Positions 40,050-50,000 of a DNA stretch of 64,000 bases are shown in pieces (positions within the stretch are counted from its first letter, which is position 1; each line of letters opens with the position of its first letter). The stretch comes from an uncultured candidate division Zixibacteria bacterium (GTDB lineage Bacteria; Zixibacteria; MSB-5A5; UBA10806; 4484-95). Under the pieces are notes generated by a model. It ran no database searches. It was not told where the DNA came from and saw nothing but the letters and a program-made list of their open reading frames with translations. A program made the position numbers and the translations under genes. The stretch is taken from contig CAXXKA010000001.1 in the NCBI GenBank assembly GCA_963668625.2, positions 352,001 through 416,000 of the forward strand, given 5' to 3'.

Positions 40050-41522
40050 ATGTTTAAAACGATGAAAGCTATACTTTTTATCATAATCATGGTCAATATC
40101 GGCAACCTGGCTTATGCCGGTGAGAAACACGGCGTAGCCCCTGTCGATGATCTCCAGATCGATGTCTGGGTTAACAAAAGCGAGGGCGCCACATATTACT
40201 ATGGCGAGGACCTGGCGATATATTTACGCGCCAATAACGATTGCTATGTCGTGCTTTACGATATCGATCCCGAGGGAAATGTCAGCCTGTTGTATCCTGC
40301 CGACTACGAGAGCAGTTGCTTTGTTAGTGGCGGCGAGGTAGTACGTATCCCGGATGTTTACGATGATTACCATCTGGAGATTTCCGGCCCCAACGGGCAG
40401 GAGCATATCTATGCCGTGGCCACCTACAACCGTATCGAGGCGCCTGATTTCATCCGTTACGAGTATTTCGAATACGGTAACTGGGACTCTTACTATGATG
40501 ATTTCATCCACTCGGTAAACGGAGAGCGCGAGAAATTCGCTACCGAGCTTAACCGGCGTATCGCAAAATCCGAGTACACTTCTGCCCACACCATGTTTTT
40601 CATAGATGACGGTTACCGTCACCACAAATGGTATCGTCACTGGTCGTATGATCCTTACTATGTCGGCTCGATCTGGGTCGGCTCCGGCTATCCTGGCTGT
40701 GAGGTCTGGATTGACGGCGTGTACTGGGGAATAGCCCCCATCCTGATTCCCGAAATTTACATAGGCCGTCACTGGGTATGGGTATACTACAACGGTTATC
40801 CGTGCTGGCAGGATTATGTCTATATCAACCGTGGCCAGCGCTACTATGTGGATGCCAAAATCGGCAGGCGTTTTCTAGACTACGAGTACGGCCGGGCCAG
40901 TATGAGAGACTGGAGATTCAAATACGAGGTCGAAAAGAACGAGCCGGGATTTGCCAAGAAAGCGGAGAAGGTAAGAGAGAAACACACCCGTCCGAGACAA
41001 TCCGCGCCGGCGAAAGTAGTAGAAAAATATTCGAAAGTCCAGGCCAGTAAACCTTCGCGAACCGAGCCGCAGGTAAAAACCGATCGCTCCTCCATAAAAA
41101 GCACACCGGCGGTGAATAGCAAGGTATCATCAAAGTCCGATTCCCCGAAAAAGTCCAGTAGTAAGCCGACTAACAGGTTCAAATCGTACACTCCACAAAG
41201 CGATAACCGGACCGGAAAGTCATCAACGAAAAACAACACCAGTTACGATTCCGGTTCCAGCAAGAAGAAATCCTTGAATACAAAATCCGGTTCAGCTATA
41301 ATAAAGGATAGATCGGTTGAGGATAATGACGATAATTCGAAGGGGAAGTCCAGTGTCAAAAGCAAAACCCCCTCGGTTAAAAGCAGTGGAAATAGCAGCC
41401 AGAAATCAAAACCGGCCTCGATTTCCCAGCCCAAGTCCTCACCGCGAAGCTCTGGCGCGAGCAAAAAATCATCAGGTTCGAATTCTAAAGACAAGTCGAA
41501 AGGGAAGAGGAGCCACAGATGA
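40050..41522 (+). CDS. Secreted DUF4384-like + PEGA-like domain protein with long Lys/Ser-rich tail
   Basis: Y..GEDL.IY.RAN.DCYVVLYDIDPEG.VSLLYP; GSIWVGS..PGCEVWIDG..WG..P...G.H; low-complexity C-terminus. Confidence 0.65.
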   Translation: MFKTMKAILFIIIMVNIGNLAYAGEKHGVAPVDDLQIDVWVNKSEGATYYYGEDLAIYLRANNDCYVVLYDIDPEGNVSLLYPADYESSCFVSGGEVVRIPDVYDDYHLEISGPNGQEHIYAVATYNRIEAPDFIRYEYFEYGNWDSYYDDFIHSVNGEREKFATELNRRIAKSEYTSAHTMFFIDDGYRHHKWYRHWSYDPYYVGSIWVGSGYPGCEVWIDGVYWGIAPILIPEIYIGRHWVWVYYNGYPCWQDYVYINRGQRYYVDAKIGRRFLDYEYGRASMRDWRFKYEVEKNEPGFAKKAEKVREKHTRPRQSAPAKVVEKYSKVQASKPSRTEPQVKTDRSSIKSTPAVNSKVSSKSDSPKKSSSKPTNRFKSYTPQSDNRTGKSSTKNNTSYDSGSSKKKSLNTKSGSAIIKDRSVEDNDDNSKGKSSVKSKTPSVKSSGNSSQKSKPASISQPKSSPRSSGASKKSSGSNSKDKSKGKRSHR

Positions 41523-41938
41523 TTAAGAGAATCGTAATATTAGCTCTGATATTTTGTGTTTTGGCGGTTAACGCCGAGGCGCAAGCCATAAAACGTGTGC
41601 AGAAGAAAAAATCCGATAGCACAAAAGTCGATAAAAAAACTGCGGATATTAAAGAAGCCGAGCGTAAGGCTGCGATCCAGAAACAACAACAACAACAACA
41701 GCAGCAGCAGGCTAAAAAAGCTATACAACGTCAGGATGAGTTTATCGACCGGGATGGTGACGGCATTAACGACAAAGTGATACAGGCTAAACCCCCGGCG
41801 ATCAAGAAGCAGCAGCAGCCTAAAGTAAATACGCCAAAAGCCCCGCCGGTAAAAACTCAGACGCCGGCAAAACAGAAAAAAGCTTCAACCAACACCAGCA
41901 CCAAGAAAGAGGATAAGAGCAAGAAATCCAAGCGCTGA
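41519..41938 (+). CDS. Small secreted Lys/Gln-rich protein with DxDGDG Ca-binding-like loop
   Basis: Signal peptide (AEA), poly-Q9, FIDRDGDGIND. Confidence 0.65.
   Translation: MIKRIVILALIFCVLAVNAEAQAIKRVQKKKSDSTKVDKKTADIKEAERKAAIQKQQQQQQQQQAKKAIQRQDEFIDRDGDGINDKVIQAKPPAIKKQQQPKVNTPKAPPVKTQTPAKQKKASTNTSTKKEDKSKKSKR
41684..41710 (+). repeat. (CAA)5(CAG)4 trinucleotide tract encoding poly-Gln
   Basis: Read directly from the sequence. Confidence 0.9.
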
Positions 41939-42004
41939 GGTTGATTGGTATTTTGTAATTTTTTTTCACTACTGCCCGGCCATCTCTTCTCGTAGCGAGG
42001 CGCT

Positions 42005-42197
42005 GGGTTGACGAAGTCCTTTGTTCATACTTTCTCGGCGACATACTGCATGATAACCGGTGTCAGGAAAGGATTCCTGCCACCTCAGCGATGTTTTTCA
42101 ACAATCCCGCTGCTTCGCAACGTGGCTTACCTGCCTGCAGAATGCGCATTCTACCTGACTGAAGAAGGTTTCAAAGCAGCGCTTGGAAACCAGGGGA
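42005..42197. repeat. Inverted composite copy of the REP-like repeat family
   Basis: Reverse complement aligns with 11048-11135 (ctggtttccaagcgctgctttgaaaccttctt...gttgcgaagc) and with 8190-8265. Confidence 0.85.
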
Positions 42198-42587
42198 ACT
42201 AAACTTTGGATCGGCAGGATATGTCAGGATGGAAGCGGAGCGACATCTTGATACGCTGACTATAAATTATATCGAACAATAGCTTTCGCTAACAATTCCC
42301 GGGAGAAATTGAACAATTAATCGATCAACACCGGATACTAGTGAATTTTCATATTATTTCATTAATACGATAGTTGATTATATTTATGCGTTTTGAGGAT
42401 AGGTACATCCTGGCGGCTCAACAGGTATGCTTGCCAATGAAAACTGGTTGACGAGGATGTTCGCCAACCTTTAATATAGCATATACGGGGGTAGTCATAA
42501 GTCACCCCATCACCAGATATAATATTCTATTTCATCCATCTCTCGAAGACCAAGAATTCAACCACCCCTTTGACCTTGTTATTGCAA

Positions 42588-42616
42588 TTGACAGGCTCAA
42601 ATATCTTAACTAAAAT
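42588..42616 (+). promoter_or_regulatory. Sigma70 promoter, near-leaderless
   Basis: TTGACA-17 bp-TAAAAT, 8 nt before ATG 42625. Confidence 0.55.
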
Positions 42617-42624
42617 TATAGATT

Positions 42625-43524
42625 ATGCCGAAAAACGAAGTCAAAGTCATTGAGGTGCACGCCAATGCTGTCTTAAAAGATGGCAAAATCGATAAATCAG
42701 TGGCCGCCGCAATGTTCGAGGCTGGGCTGGATGCCTTAAGTGATACAGGTATCGGCGATGATCTGGTGGCCTCGTTATTTCCCCGTGGCGGTAAAATCGG
42801 TATCAAGGTAAACTCGCTGGCCGGCCTTAAGATGTCATCCTCACCCGCTCTCGTTTACGCGCTGGCCGAGACATTAAACAAACTCGGTATCATTAAAGAT
42901 GATATAATTATCTGGGATCGTAAAGAGCGCGAATTGCAAAAAGCCGGTTACGATATTCGTACGAGGGGTTCGGGTTACCGATGTTTCGCTACCGACACGA
43001 CCGGCGCGGGATATTCGAGAAAGCTATACAGTCACGATTCGATTGGCTCCCTGATATCGAATATCCAGGAGAATATGACCGATGCGGTTATCAATTTCCC
43101 GGTGTTGAAAGACCATTCGCTGGCAGGTCTTTCGGGATGCCTGAAAAATTATTACGGCGCGATCCACAACCCTAATAAATATCACGAAAACAACTGCGAT
43201 CCGTATCAGGCCGATCTTTATGCCCTGGATGTTATCGGGAAAAAGGAGAGACTTGCCGTATTTGATGCGATTAATGTTCAGTACAACGGCGGGCCGGGTT
43301 ATGTAAGCCGTTGGACAGAGCAGTATAAGTCAATATTACTTTGCACCGACGGAGTCGCCCTGGATACGGTCGGTATCGAAATTATTGACAGGCTGAGAAC
43401 AAAAAACGGTATGAGGCGGTTAAAGGAAAGTGACAGGCCGCCAGTCGGAATCCTGACTGCGGGTAAAGCAGGTCTGGGATGTGCCGAAATTGACAATATA
43501 GAATGGATAGTTATCGAGGTTTAA
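42625..43524 (+). CDS. DUF362 family protein
   Basis: IGIKVN, INFPVLKDH, SGCLKNYYG, DGVALD. Confidence 0.75.
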   Translation: MPKNEVKVIEVHANAVLKDGKIDKSVAAAMFEAGLDALSDTGIGDDLVASLFPRGGKIGIKVNSLAGLKMSSSPALVYALAETLNKLGIIKDDIIIWDRKERELQKAGYDIRTRGSGYRCFATDTTGAGYSRKLYSHDSIGSLISNIQENMTDAVINFPVLKDHSLAGLSGCLKNYYGAIHNPNKYHENNCDPYQADLYALDVIGKKERLAVFDAINVQYNGGPGYVSRWTEQYKSILLCTDGVALDTVGIEIIDRLRTKNGMRRLKESDRPPVGILTAGKAGLGCAEIDNIEWIVIEV

Positions 43525-43529
43525 TTCAA

Positions 43530-45245
43530 ATGAGGAGAGTTACAGTTAATAAATTATTATTGATGCTGATAGGCGTAATGATGATATCCGCCCTGGCCCT
43601 TAACTGTGGGGGAGAGGCCAAAAAAGATATCACCCGGGATACCGCCGAGGAGATATTGGAGCGAAGGGCAAGCATGTCGAAACAGAGGGCGTTCGATCAT
43701 TTTTCGAAAGGTGATTTGTACGAACGTTCCGGCAATCTCGAAAAAGCCGCCGATGAGTATCGGCTGGCGCTGTTTTATGATACTCAATCGGATGAGCTTA
43801 AAAGATCACTGGCAGGCGTACTTTACGACCTGAGTCGTTTCGATGAGTCCCTCGAGATTATCGAGAGAATAGATCAACCGGATGTCGACGACCAACTACT
43901 GATGGCCGCCTGCTATAATAAAATCGGTCTCCTGCCTAAAACTATCGAGGTTTACGAAAAGCTGGCCAAGACCGACTCGGTTCCGCAATTCGTAGTGGAA
44001 AACCTGGCGAAGTATTACACATTAAAAAAGGATAAATCAAAGCTCGAGCAGTATTACGATTGGCTTATCGAAAATGCCGAAAATGCCAAACTCTGGCAAT
44101 CGGAAAAAGCGAGCGCCCTGGTGGAGATCGGCAAGCCTGAAGATGCGGAAAAAATATACGAGAATATGATGGAAGCCGATTCGCTCGATTATGGAGCCTG
44201 GCTGGATATGGCAGCTTTGCAAATGTATCTGGAAAATTCCGAGGAAGCCTCGAAATACTACCGCTATGTGGTAGATCATAACTGGGACAACGGCCAGATG
44301 CTATCCATGATTTTGCCGGCCTTATTCGATCTGGATGATATGGACCTGGCCTCCAGCGTAGCTCGTCGCATTACCGCGCTTTTCCCCGAGGACTACATGT
44401 CGCAACGTCGTTATGCCATATTGCTGTTTACCACAGGCGACTACGATAGAGCGGATTCTGTCCTGACCCATATTTTATCCGAGGTTAACGATGATCCGGT
44501 GGCATATTACTATCTTGGCCGAATTGCCCAGCAAAATCAGGATTTCCCGGCAGCCGAGGAGTTTTATTCGAACGCTATAGCCTATGATGACACGATGGGC
44601 GAGGCCTGGATGAATCTGGCATTCGTTCGCGGCCTGAAAGGCGATCATGAGGCGGCGATGGCGACTTTCGATTCGACACTGGCCAAAATTCCTGCAGATT
44701 CCACCCGGATTCTGTTTTTTACGGGATCGTACCTGAGTTCCAGACAGAAATTCGAGGAAGCGATCGAATATTACGAGCGTGTGCTCAATGCTACGCCGGA
44801 TAATTTCGATGTCAGGTTTAACCTTGCCGCAGCCTATGAGAGAACCGATCGTAACGCCGATGCCGAGATGTTGTTTTTGGAGCTACTCGATGAGGATAAG
44901 GATAACCCGGTTGTCTTGAACTATCTCGGATATATGTACGCCGATCTGGGTATTAAACTCGATAAAGCCGAGGAATATGTGAAAAAAGCGCTGGAAATAG
45001 ATCCGAATAATAACGCATATCTTGACAGCTATGCCTGGGTGATGTATAAAAAAGGCAAATACGATGAGGCTCTCAAGTACCAGATGATGGCTTTAGAGTC
45101 GAATGTGAACGATGCCGTGCTATACGAGCATATGGGCGATATTTATTACGCCCTCGATCGTATACGAATGGCCCATGATAGCTGGGAAAAAGCGTTGGAG
45201 CTTGACCCGGAAAACATCGAGATAAGAGAGAAGTTAGATCGGTAG
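43530..45245 (+). CDS. Tetratricopeptide-repeat lipoprotein
   Basis: ALNC lipobox-like, many TPRs, VLNYLGYMYAD...AYLDSYAWV...HMGDIY. Confidence 0.85.
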   Translation: MRRVTVNKLLLMLIGVMMISALALNCGGEAKKDITRDTAEEILERRASMSKQRAFDHFSKGDLYERSGNLEKAADEYRLALFYDTQSDELKRSLAGVLYDLSRFDESLEIIERIDQPDVDDQLLMAACYNKIGLLPKTIEVYEKLAKTDSVPQFVVENLAKYYTLKKDKSKLEQYYDWLIENAENAKLWQSEKASALVEIGKPEDAEKIYENMMEADSLDYGAWLDMAALQMYLENSEEASKYYRYVVDHNWDNGQMLSMILPALFDLDDMDLASSVARRITALFPEDYMSQRRYAILLFTTGDYDRADSVLTHILSEVNDDPVAYYYLGRIAQQNQDFPAAEEFYSNAIAYDDTMGEAWMNLAFVRGLKGDHEAAMATFDSTLAKIPADSTRILFFTGSYLSSRQKFEEAIEYYERVLNATPDNFDVRFNLAAAYERTDRNADAEMLFLELLDEDKDNPVVLNYLGYMYADLGIKLDKAEEYVKKALEIDPNNNAYLDSYAWVMYKKGKYDEALKYQMMALESNVNDAVLYEHMGDIYYALDRIRMAHDSWEKALELDPENIEIREKLDR

Positions 45246-45248
45246 TTC

Positions 45249-46961
45249 GTGAAATACTCGCAGTTTGGATTTAAAGCTTTTATATTTATCCTTTTTACAG
45301 CCTCTATGGTATTATATTCGTGTGCTGATATAGGGGCTCCACCCGGCGGACCCGAGGATAAAACTCCTCCCGAGGTTTTCTATGTTAAACCGGATCAGGG
45401 TTCGGTTAACGTGCCGATCGATACTGAATTCGAGATTCGTTTCTCGAAAAACATGGATGAAACCAGCACCGAACAGGCGATCTTTATATCACCTTTATTC
45501 TTCAATTACGCCAAATTCGAATGGTCGGGTAAGAAACTGAAAGTTATTCCCCCGGAAAACCTTCGCGAAAACACGACCTATGTTCTGACAATTGGCGCGC
45601 AAGCCAAGGATTCCCGCAGCAATCAGTTGGGCAAGTCCAAATCGTATCCTTTTTCCACGGGCGATAAAATATACGAATGCTCTATATTCGGCGAGGTGCT
45701 GGGTAAGAATATGCAGAAACTTAATGTCTGGGCGTACAAACTGGAATCTAATAACCCGGATACATTCTGGATGAAACTTCCTGATTACGTGACCCAGCCC
45801 GATAGCCTGGGCAATTACCGTTTCGAATATCTAAGTTACGGAGATTACCTGGTGGTGGCGGTAGAGGATAAGAACAGCGATCAGTTCTGGGCGCCCCCGG
45901 GTGAACGTCTTGCTCTGCCCGATAAGATGGTACATTTAAGCGAGACCATGCAGGAATTCGGGCCATTGGTTATGATGACAGCCGCTCGTGATACGATCGC
46001 GCCGTATATATCCGGCGTTAGCTCACCCGATATCAATTCAGTCATAGTCAATTTCAGCCAGGCTGTTGATACCGCGACCTCACTGGTTGATTCCAACTAC
46101 TCGATATACCCGCCCGATAGCTCCGGTATGCAGGCGGTGATAAAGAACATCGTGCCGTTATCTAAAGATTTCAACTCGTTTTACATGACTATGGATAAAC
46201 TTCTGCCGGAAACCAAATACAAGGTTATTTGCCGTAACATCGAGTCTGCATACGGCATACCAGCCGATACGGTTTCCAGGTTCTTTCAATCGGGACCGGT
46301 CGATACGCTCAGGCCTGAGATGATAGAGATTATACCGCAGCCCTCGCGTACTCCCAGGCCCTCGGGATTCGATATCGAGATTACGTTTTCCGAGCCAATG
46401 GATACCTCCGGGATAAAAAACAAAATATTATTTATAGATAGTCTGGAAAACCCGGTTGATTTTCAATATACCTGGAGATATTCGAATAATCTTCTTATAA
46501 CCCCCGCTTTTAACGAGGGGGAGCGTTTCGAGTTTAGCTTTGATGAGAGGTTGATAACCGATCTGGCAGGTAACGCTCTGGGAGATTCATTGATAAAATA
46601 TGATTATGCCACGGCAACACCCGATAGTTTCGGACAGATTGTAGGCAAGGTGATTAACGCGCCCGGTGATAATATCATAATTGTTTTGGAATCGAAAAAG
46701 GATGGCAAGGAAATCGATCAAAAAAGTGACGAGTTCGGAGCATTTTATATTGACAGACTATTTGCGGGAGCGTATAAAATACGCGCGTTTCATGATAATA
46801 ACAATAATGGCAAGTTCGACGGTGGTTCGATTCGACCCTTTAGTTTTTCGGAAGCTGTTGCTTTATATGCTGATACGGTAAGTGTTCGGGCAAGATGGGA
46901 GACAGATATCGGTTTTCTCGATTTTAAACCGCAAAGAATTGATGTTGACACGTTAGAGTAA
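45249..46961 (+). CDS. Ig-like (Big_5) domain lipoprotein
   Basis: LYSCA..GAPPGGPEDKTPP N-terminus, FSKNMD/FSEPMD, DLAGN, DNNNNGKFD. Confidence 0.8.
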   Translation: MKYSQFGFKAFIFILFTASMVLYSCADIGAPPGGPEDKTPPEVFYVKPDQGSVNVPIDTEFEIRFSKNMDETSTEQAIFISPLFFNYAKFEWSGKKLKVIPPENLRENTTYVLTIGAQAKDSRSNQLGKSKSYPFSTGDKIYECSIFGEVLGKNMQKLNVWAYKLESNNPDTFWMKLPDYVTQPDSLGNYRFEYLSYGDYLVVAVEDKNSDQFWAPPGERLALPDKMVHLSETMQEFGPLVMMTAARDTIAPYISGVSSPDINSVIVNFSQAVDTATSLVDSNYSIYPPDSSGMQAVIKNIVPLSKDFNSFYMTMDKLLPETKYKVICRNIESAYGIPADTVSRFFQSGPVDTLRPEMIEIIPQPSRTPRPSGFDIEITFSEPMDTSGIKNKILFIDSLENPVDFQYTWRYSNNLLITPAFNEGERFEFSFDERLITDLAGNALGDSLIKYDYATATPDSFGQIVGKVINAPGDNIIIVLESKKDGKEIDQKSDEFGAFYIDRLFAGAYKIRAFHDNNNNGKFDGGSIRPFSFSEAVALYADTVSVRARWETDIGFLDFKPQRIDVDTLE

Positions 46962-47005
46962 TATTGTATTATATATCAATTACAAATACGATATTAGAGG
47001 ATTAA

Positions 47006-50000
47006 ATGCAGTCGTTGTCCCTTAAAGCTATATTAATCATCAGCCTGATTGCCGTACTGACGGTTCCGGCGGTAGCTGATATTTATTATTCTGAAATCGT
47101 TTTTAGTGATGATATAGACAATCAAATCGAATTCAGGATTACACCATCAGACTATCAGGCAATCTCTGCCGAGATAAATGGCCGGATGTGGCCGGTCAGC
47201 CAGTTCAGCGATAATGAGTACTCCGTAACCGGTTTTGGTAAATTAAATTCCGGGCAGCCGATTAAAGTATTGTATGAGGGGTATGATGTTAACTCGCTCG
47301 ACAAGGTCAGCCTGGAGTTAATCGGGACGAATGGCGATATCAGCTATAATCGTTTTCCCGGCCTGGCTCTTGATTTGATACCTCTTCAAAGCGTAACCGA
47401 CACCTTGAGATCCGGGATCGCCGGCGATAGCGACGCACATAAAATCGGATTCGATATCTCTACGAATCAGATAATGGAAAAGGGCGAAATATGGATCACG
47501 TTCGAGGCCGGTTTTGATGCGGGCGGGCTGGTTTCTCTGGATTCGATTTCCTATTCGGATGATGACCCGGCTAATAATGGCTCGGAACCGACCATTACCT
47601 CAGTCAGTGTCATCACGAGAACCGTAATCCTTAAACTTGACAGCGGTACACCGGCATCCCCTAATTCCAGGGTAAATGTCGAAATTAAGCCGGTTAATAA
47701 TAGTATCATTGCCGGTGATTACTCCGTCACGGTTCAAACACTCGATTCATTGGGGGCGCTGGTGCATATTCCCACCTCCTCCAACGCATTCATATTGGAT
47801 CCTGATGTTTTAAATAGTGTGGCGGTTACGCCCGGCGGCGATATGAATATCCCCTCGGATTCGATAGTGGTCTTCTCGGCGGCCGGACACGATCAGTATG
47901 GAAATGCCATAGATGGTTTGACATATACCTGGGCAATTACGGTGGATTCGTGCGGCACTATCAATAACGGAACTTTTCAGGCGAAAAAGCTTGGCGATTG
48001 CTATATAACGGCCACGACCGGCGGTTTCGCTGATTCCTCGGGTGTGTTGACGGTTGAAGCAAGCGACCTGGATCGATTCGCAATGACAGGTTATCCTGCC
48101 TCGGTGCAGGCCGGGCAGGTGTTCCCCATACCGATTGCATTAACTGCATATGATGTTAACGACAATATAATTTATGATTTAGCCGATTCGATTTACTTTT
48201 TCTCCAGTGATGATTCGGCAGCTTTTACTTATGATAGCGATAACTGGCTCGATATCGATACCGGGCAGGTTAGTATTCCCGGAAACAATTTCACCCTAAA
48301 ACTGGCAGGTTCTCAAACTATCACTGTCACTAACGGCACACAATCGACTACTTCATCCTCGATTACGGTCTCATCAACTCTTATAGATGATTTCTCGTTC
48401 AGCGCTGTCGGCGATCAGACTGCCGGTGTCTCGTTTAACCTTTCGGTTACCGGGGCTGTTGACCAGTACGGTAATCCTGCCAGTGGCAACGTTATTGTTG
48501 ATGATGTTGTCGGCGGTAACTCCCCCGATGGCGATCCACCGGTGCTTAACAATATTACCGTTACCAACGGCTCGGGTCAGGCCGGTCAGCTTCTGACTAA
48601 TGCTGTTGCCAGTACTCTCGAGGGGGTGGGCGGCAGCGCTACCGTGCAAACGAATTCGTTTACGGTCAACCCCGGCGTCGTAGGCCGTCTGATATTAACG
48701 GGCTATCCTGATGAGGCGACTGCCGGTGAGCAATTCACCTCGGACCCCTTAGTTACGGTGAAAGATATTTTCGGCAATTTAAAAACAAACTATACCGGCA
48801 CGATTCATTTTAAGGGGCCGGAAACAGTGCCCTCTCCATATACTTTCGTAACTCCGCATGCCGGCTCGCATACTTTTCCCGATAACCAGTTCGCATTTCA
48901 AACTGCAGGTTTAAAAAGATTATACGTGTTCAATGCGGATAGTTCACTGGCCGATACATCCTCGGCGATTGATGTATCCGCAAATATTATCTCAAGTTTC
49001 TCGTTCACAGCGCTGGGGTCAGTGACCGCCGGTTCTCCTTTCTCGATAAGCGTATCCAATGCTCTTGATCAATATGGAAATTCCGCATCCGGCACTATTA
49101 CGGTTACCGATAGCTCCGGGGCAGGCAATTCTCCCGATGGTTCATCGCCCTCGTTAAATGATATTATCGTAAACAACGGTTCGGGTAGCGCCAACCAGAT
49201 ACTGGTTGATGTGGGCGCAGCGATTATTAGAGGTATCTCCGAAGCATCAACCGTACAAGCGGTCAATATCACTGTCAACCCGGCGGCCGGGGCGCAATTG
49301 GTGTTAACCGATACTCCGGACACTATAACGGCCGGCCTGGATTTTTCGACGCAATCGATCGATCCGACTGTTACGGTTTTAGATTCGTACGGCAATATCG
49401 CTACCGGTTATGGGGGCACGGTATCGTTTAATAATATAGAAAATCGAGATGGGCCTCATACGTTTATTCCCGCCGATCTAGGCGTTTACCGGTTTGATGG
49501 TGGAAATTTCAGTTTCGAGGCGGCGGGCGCAAGAAAAATAATCGCCACTGACGGCGTGCTGGCGGATACCTCCTCAATTGTCGAGGTTTATCCAGCCGCC
49601 ATAACCTCATACGATCTTAACGCTCCACCATCGGTTGTAGCGGGTACGGCGTTTACGCTTTCGGTCGCTAACGCGGTCGATCAATTCAGTAATGACGCAT
49701 CCGGTACGGTTGTAATAACCGATAGCCTGGGGGCCGGCGGTTCGCCTGATGGTTCGATGCCATCGCTAAATAATATAGAGGTCTCCGGGGGAGTCGGCTC
49801 GGCCCAGCAGGTGCTCGTTGATTCTGTCGCTGCGGCTCGCCTGAAAGGCGCAGTTAACGGCGTAGTCCGGGGGACGAGCGATATCACGGTCGCGCCGGCC
49901 AATGCCAACGAACTGGTATTGAGCAACTATCCCGATACGATAACGGCAGGCCAGGCTTTTCCATCACCGGCTAACGATCCCCTAGTGACATTGAAAGATG

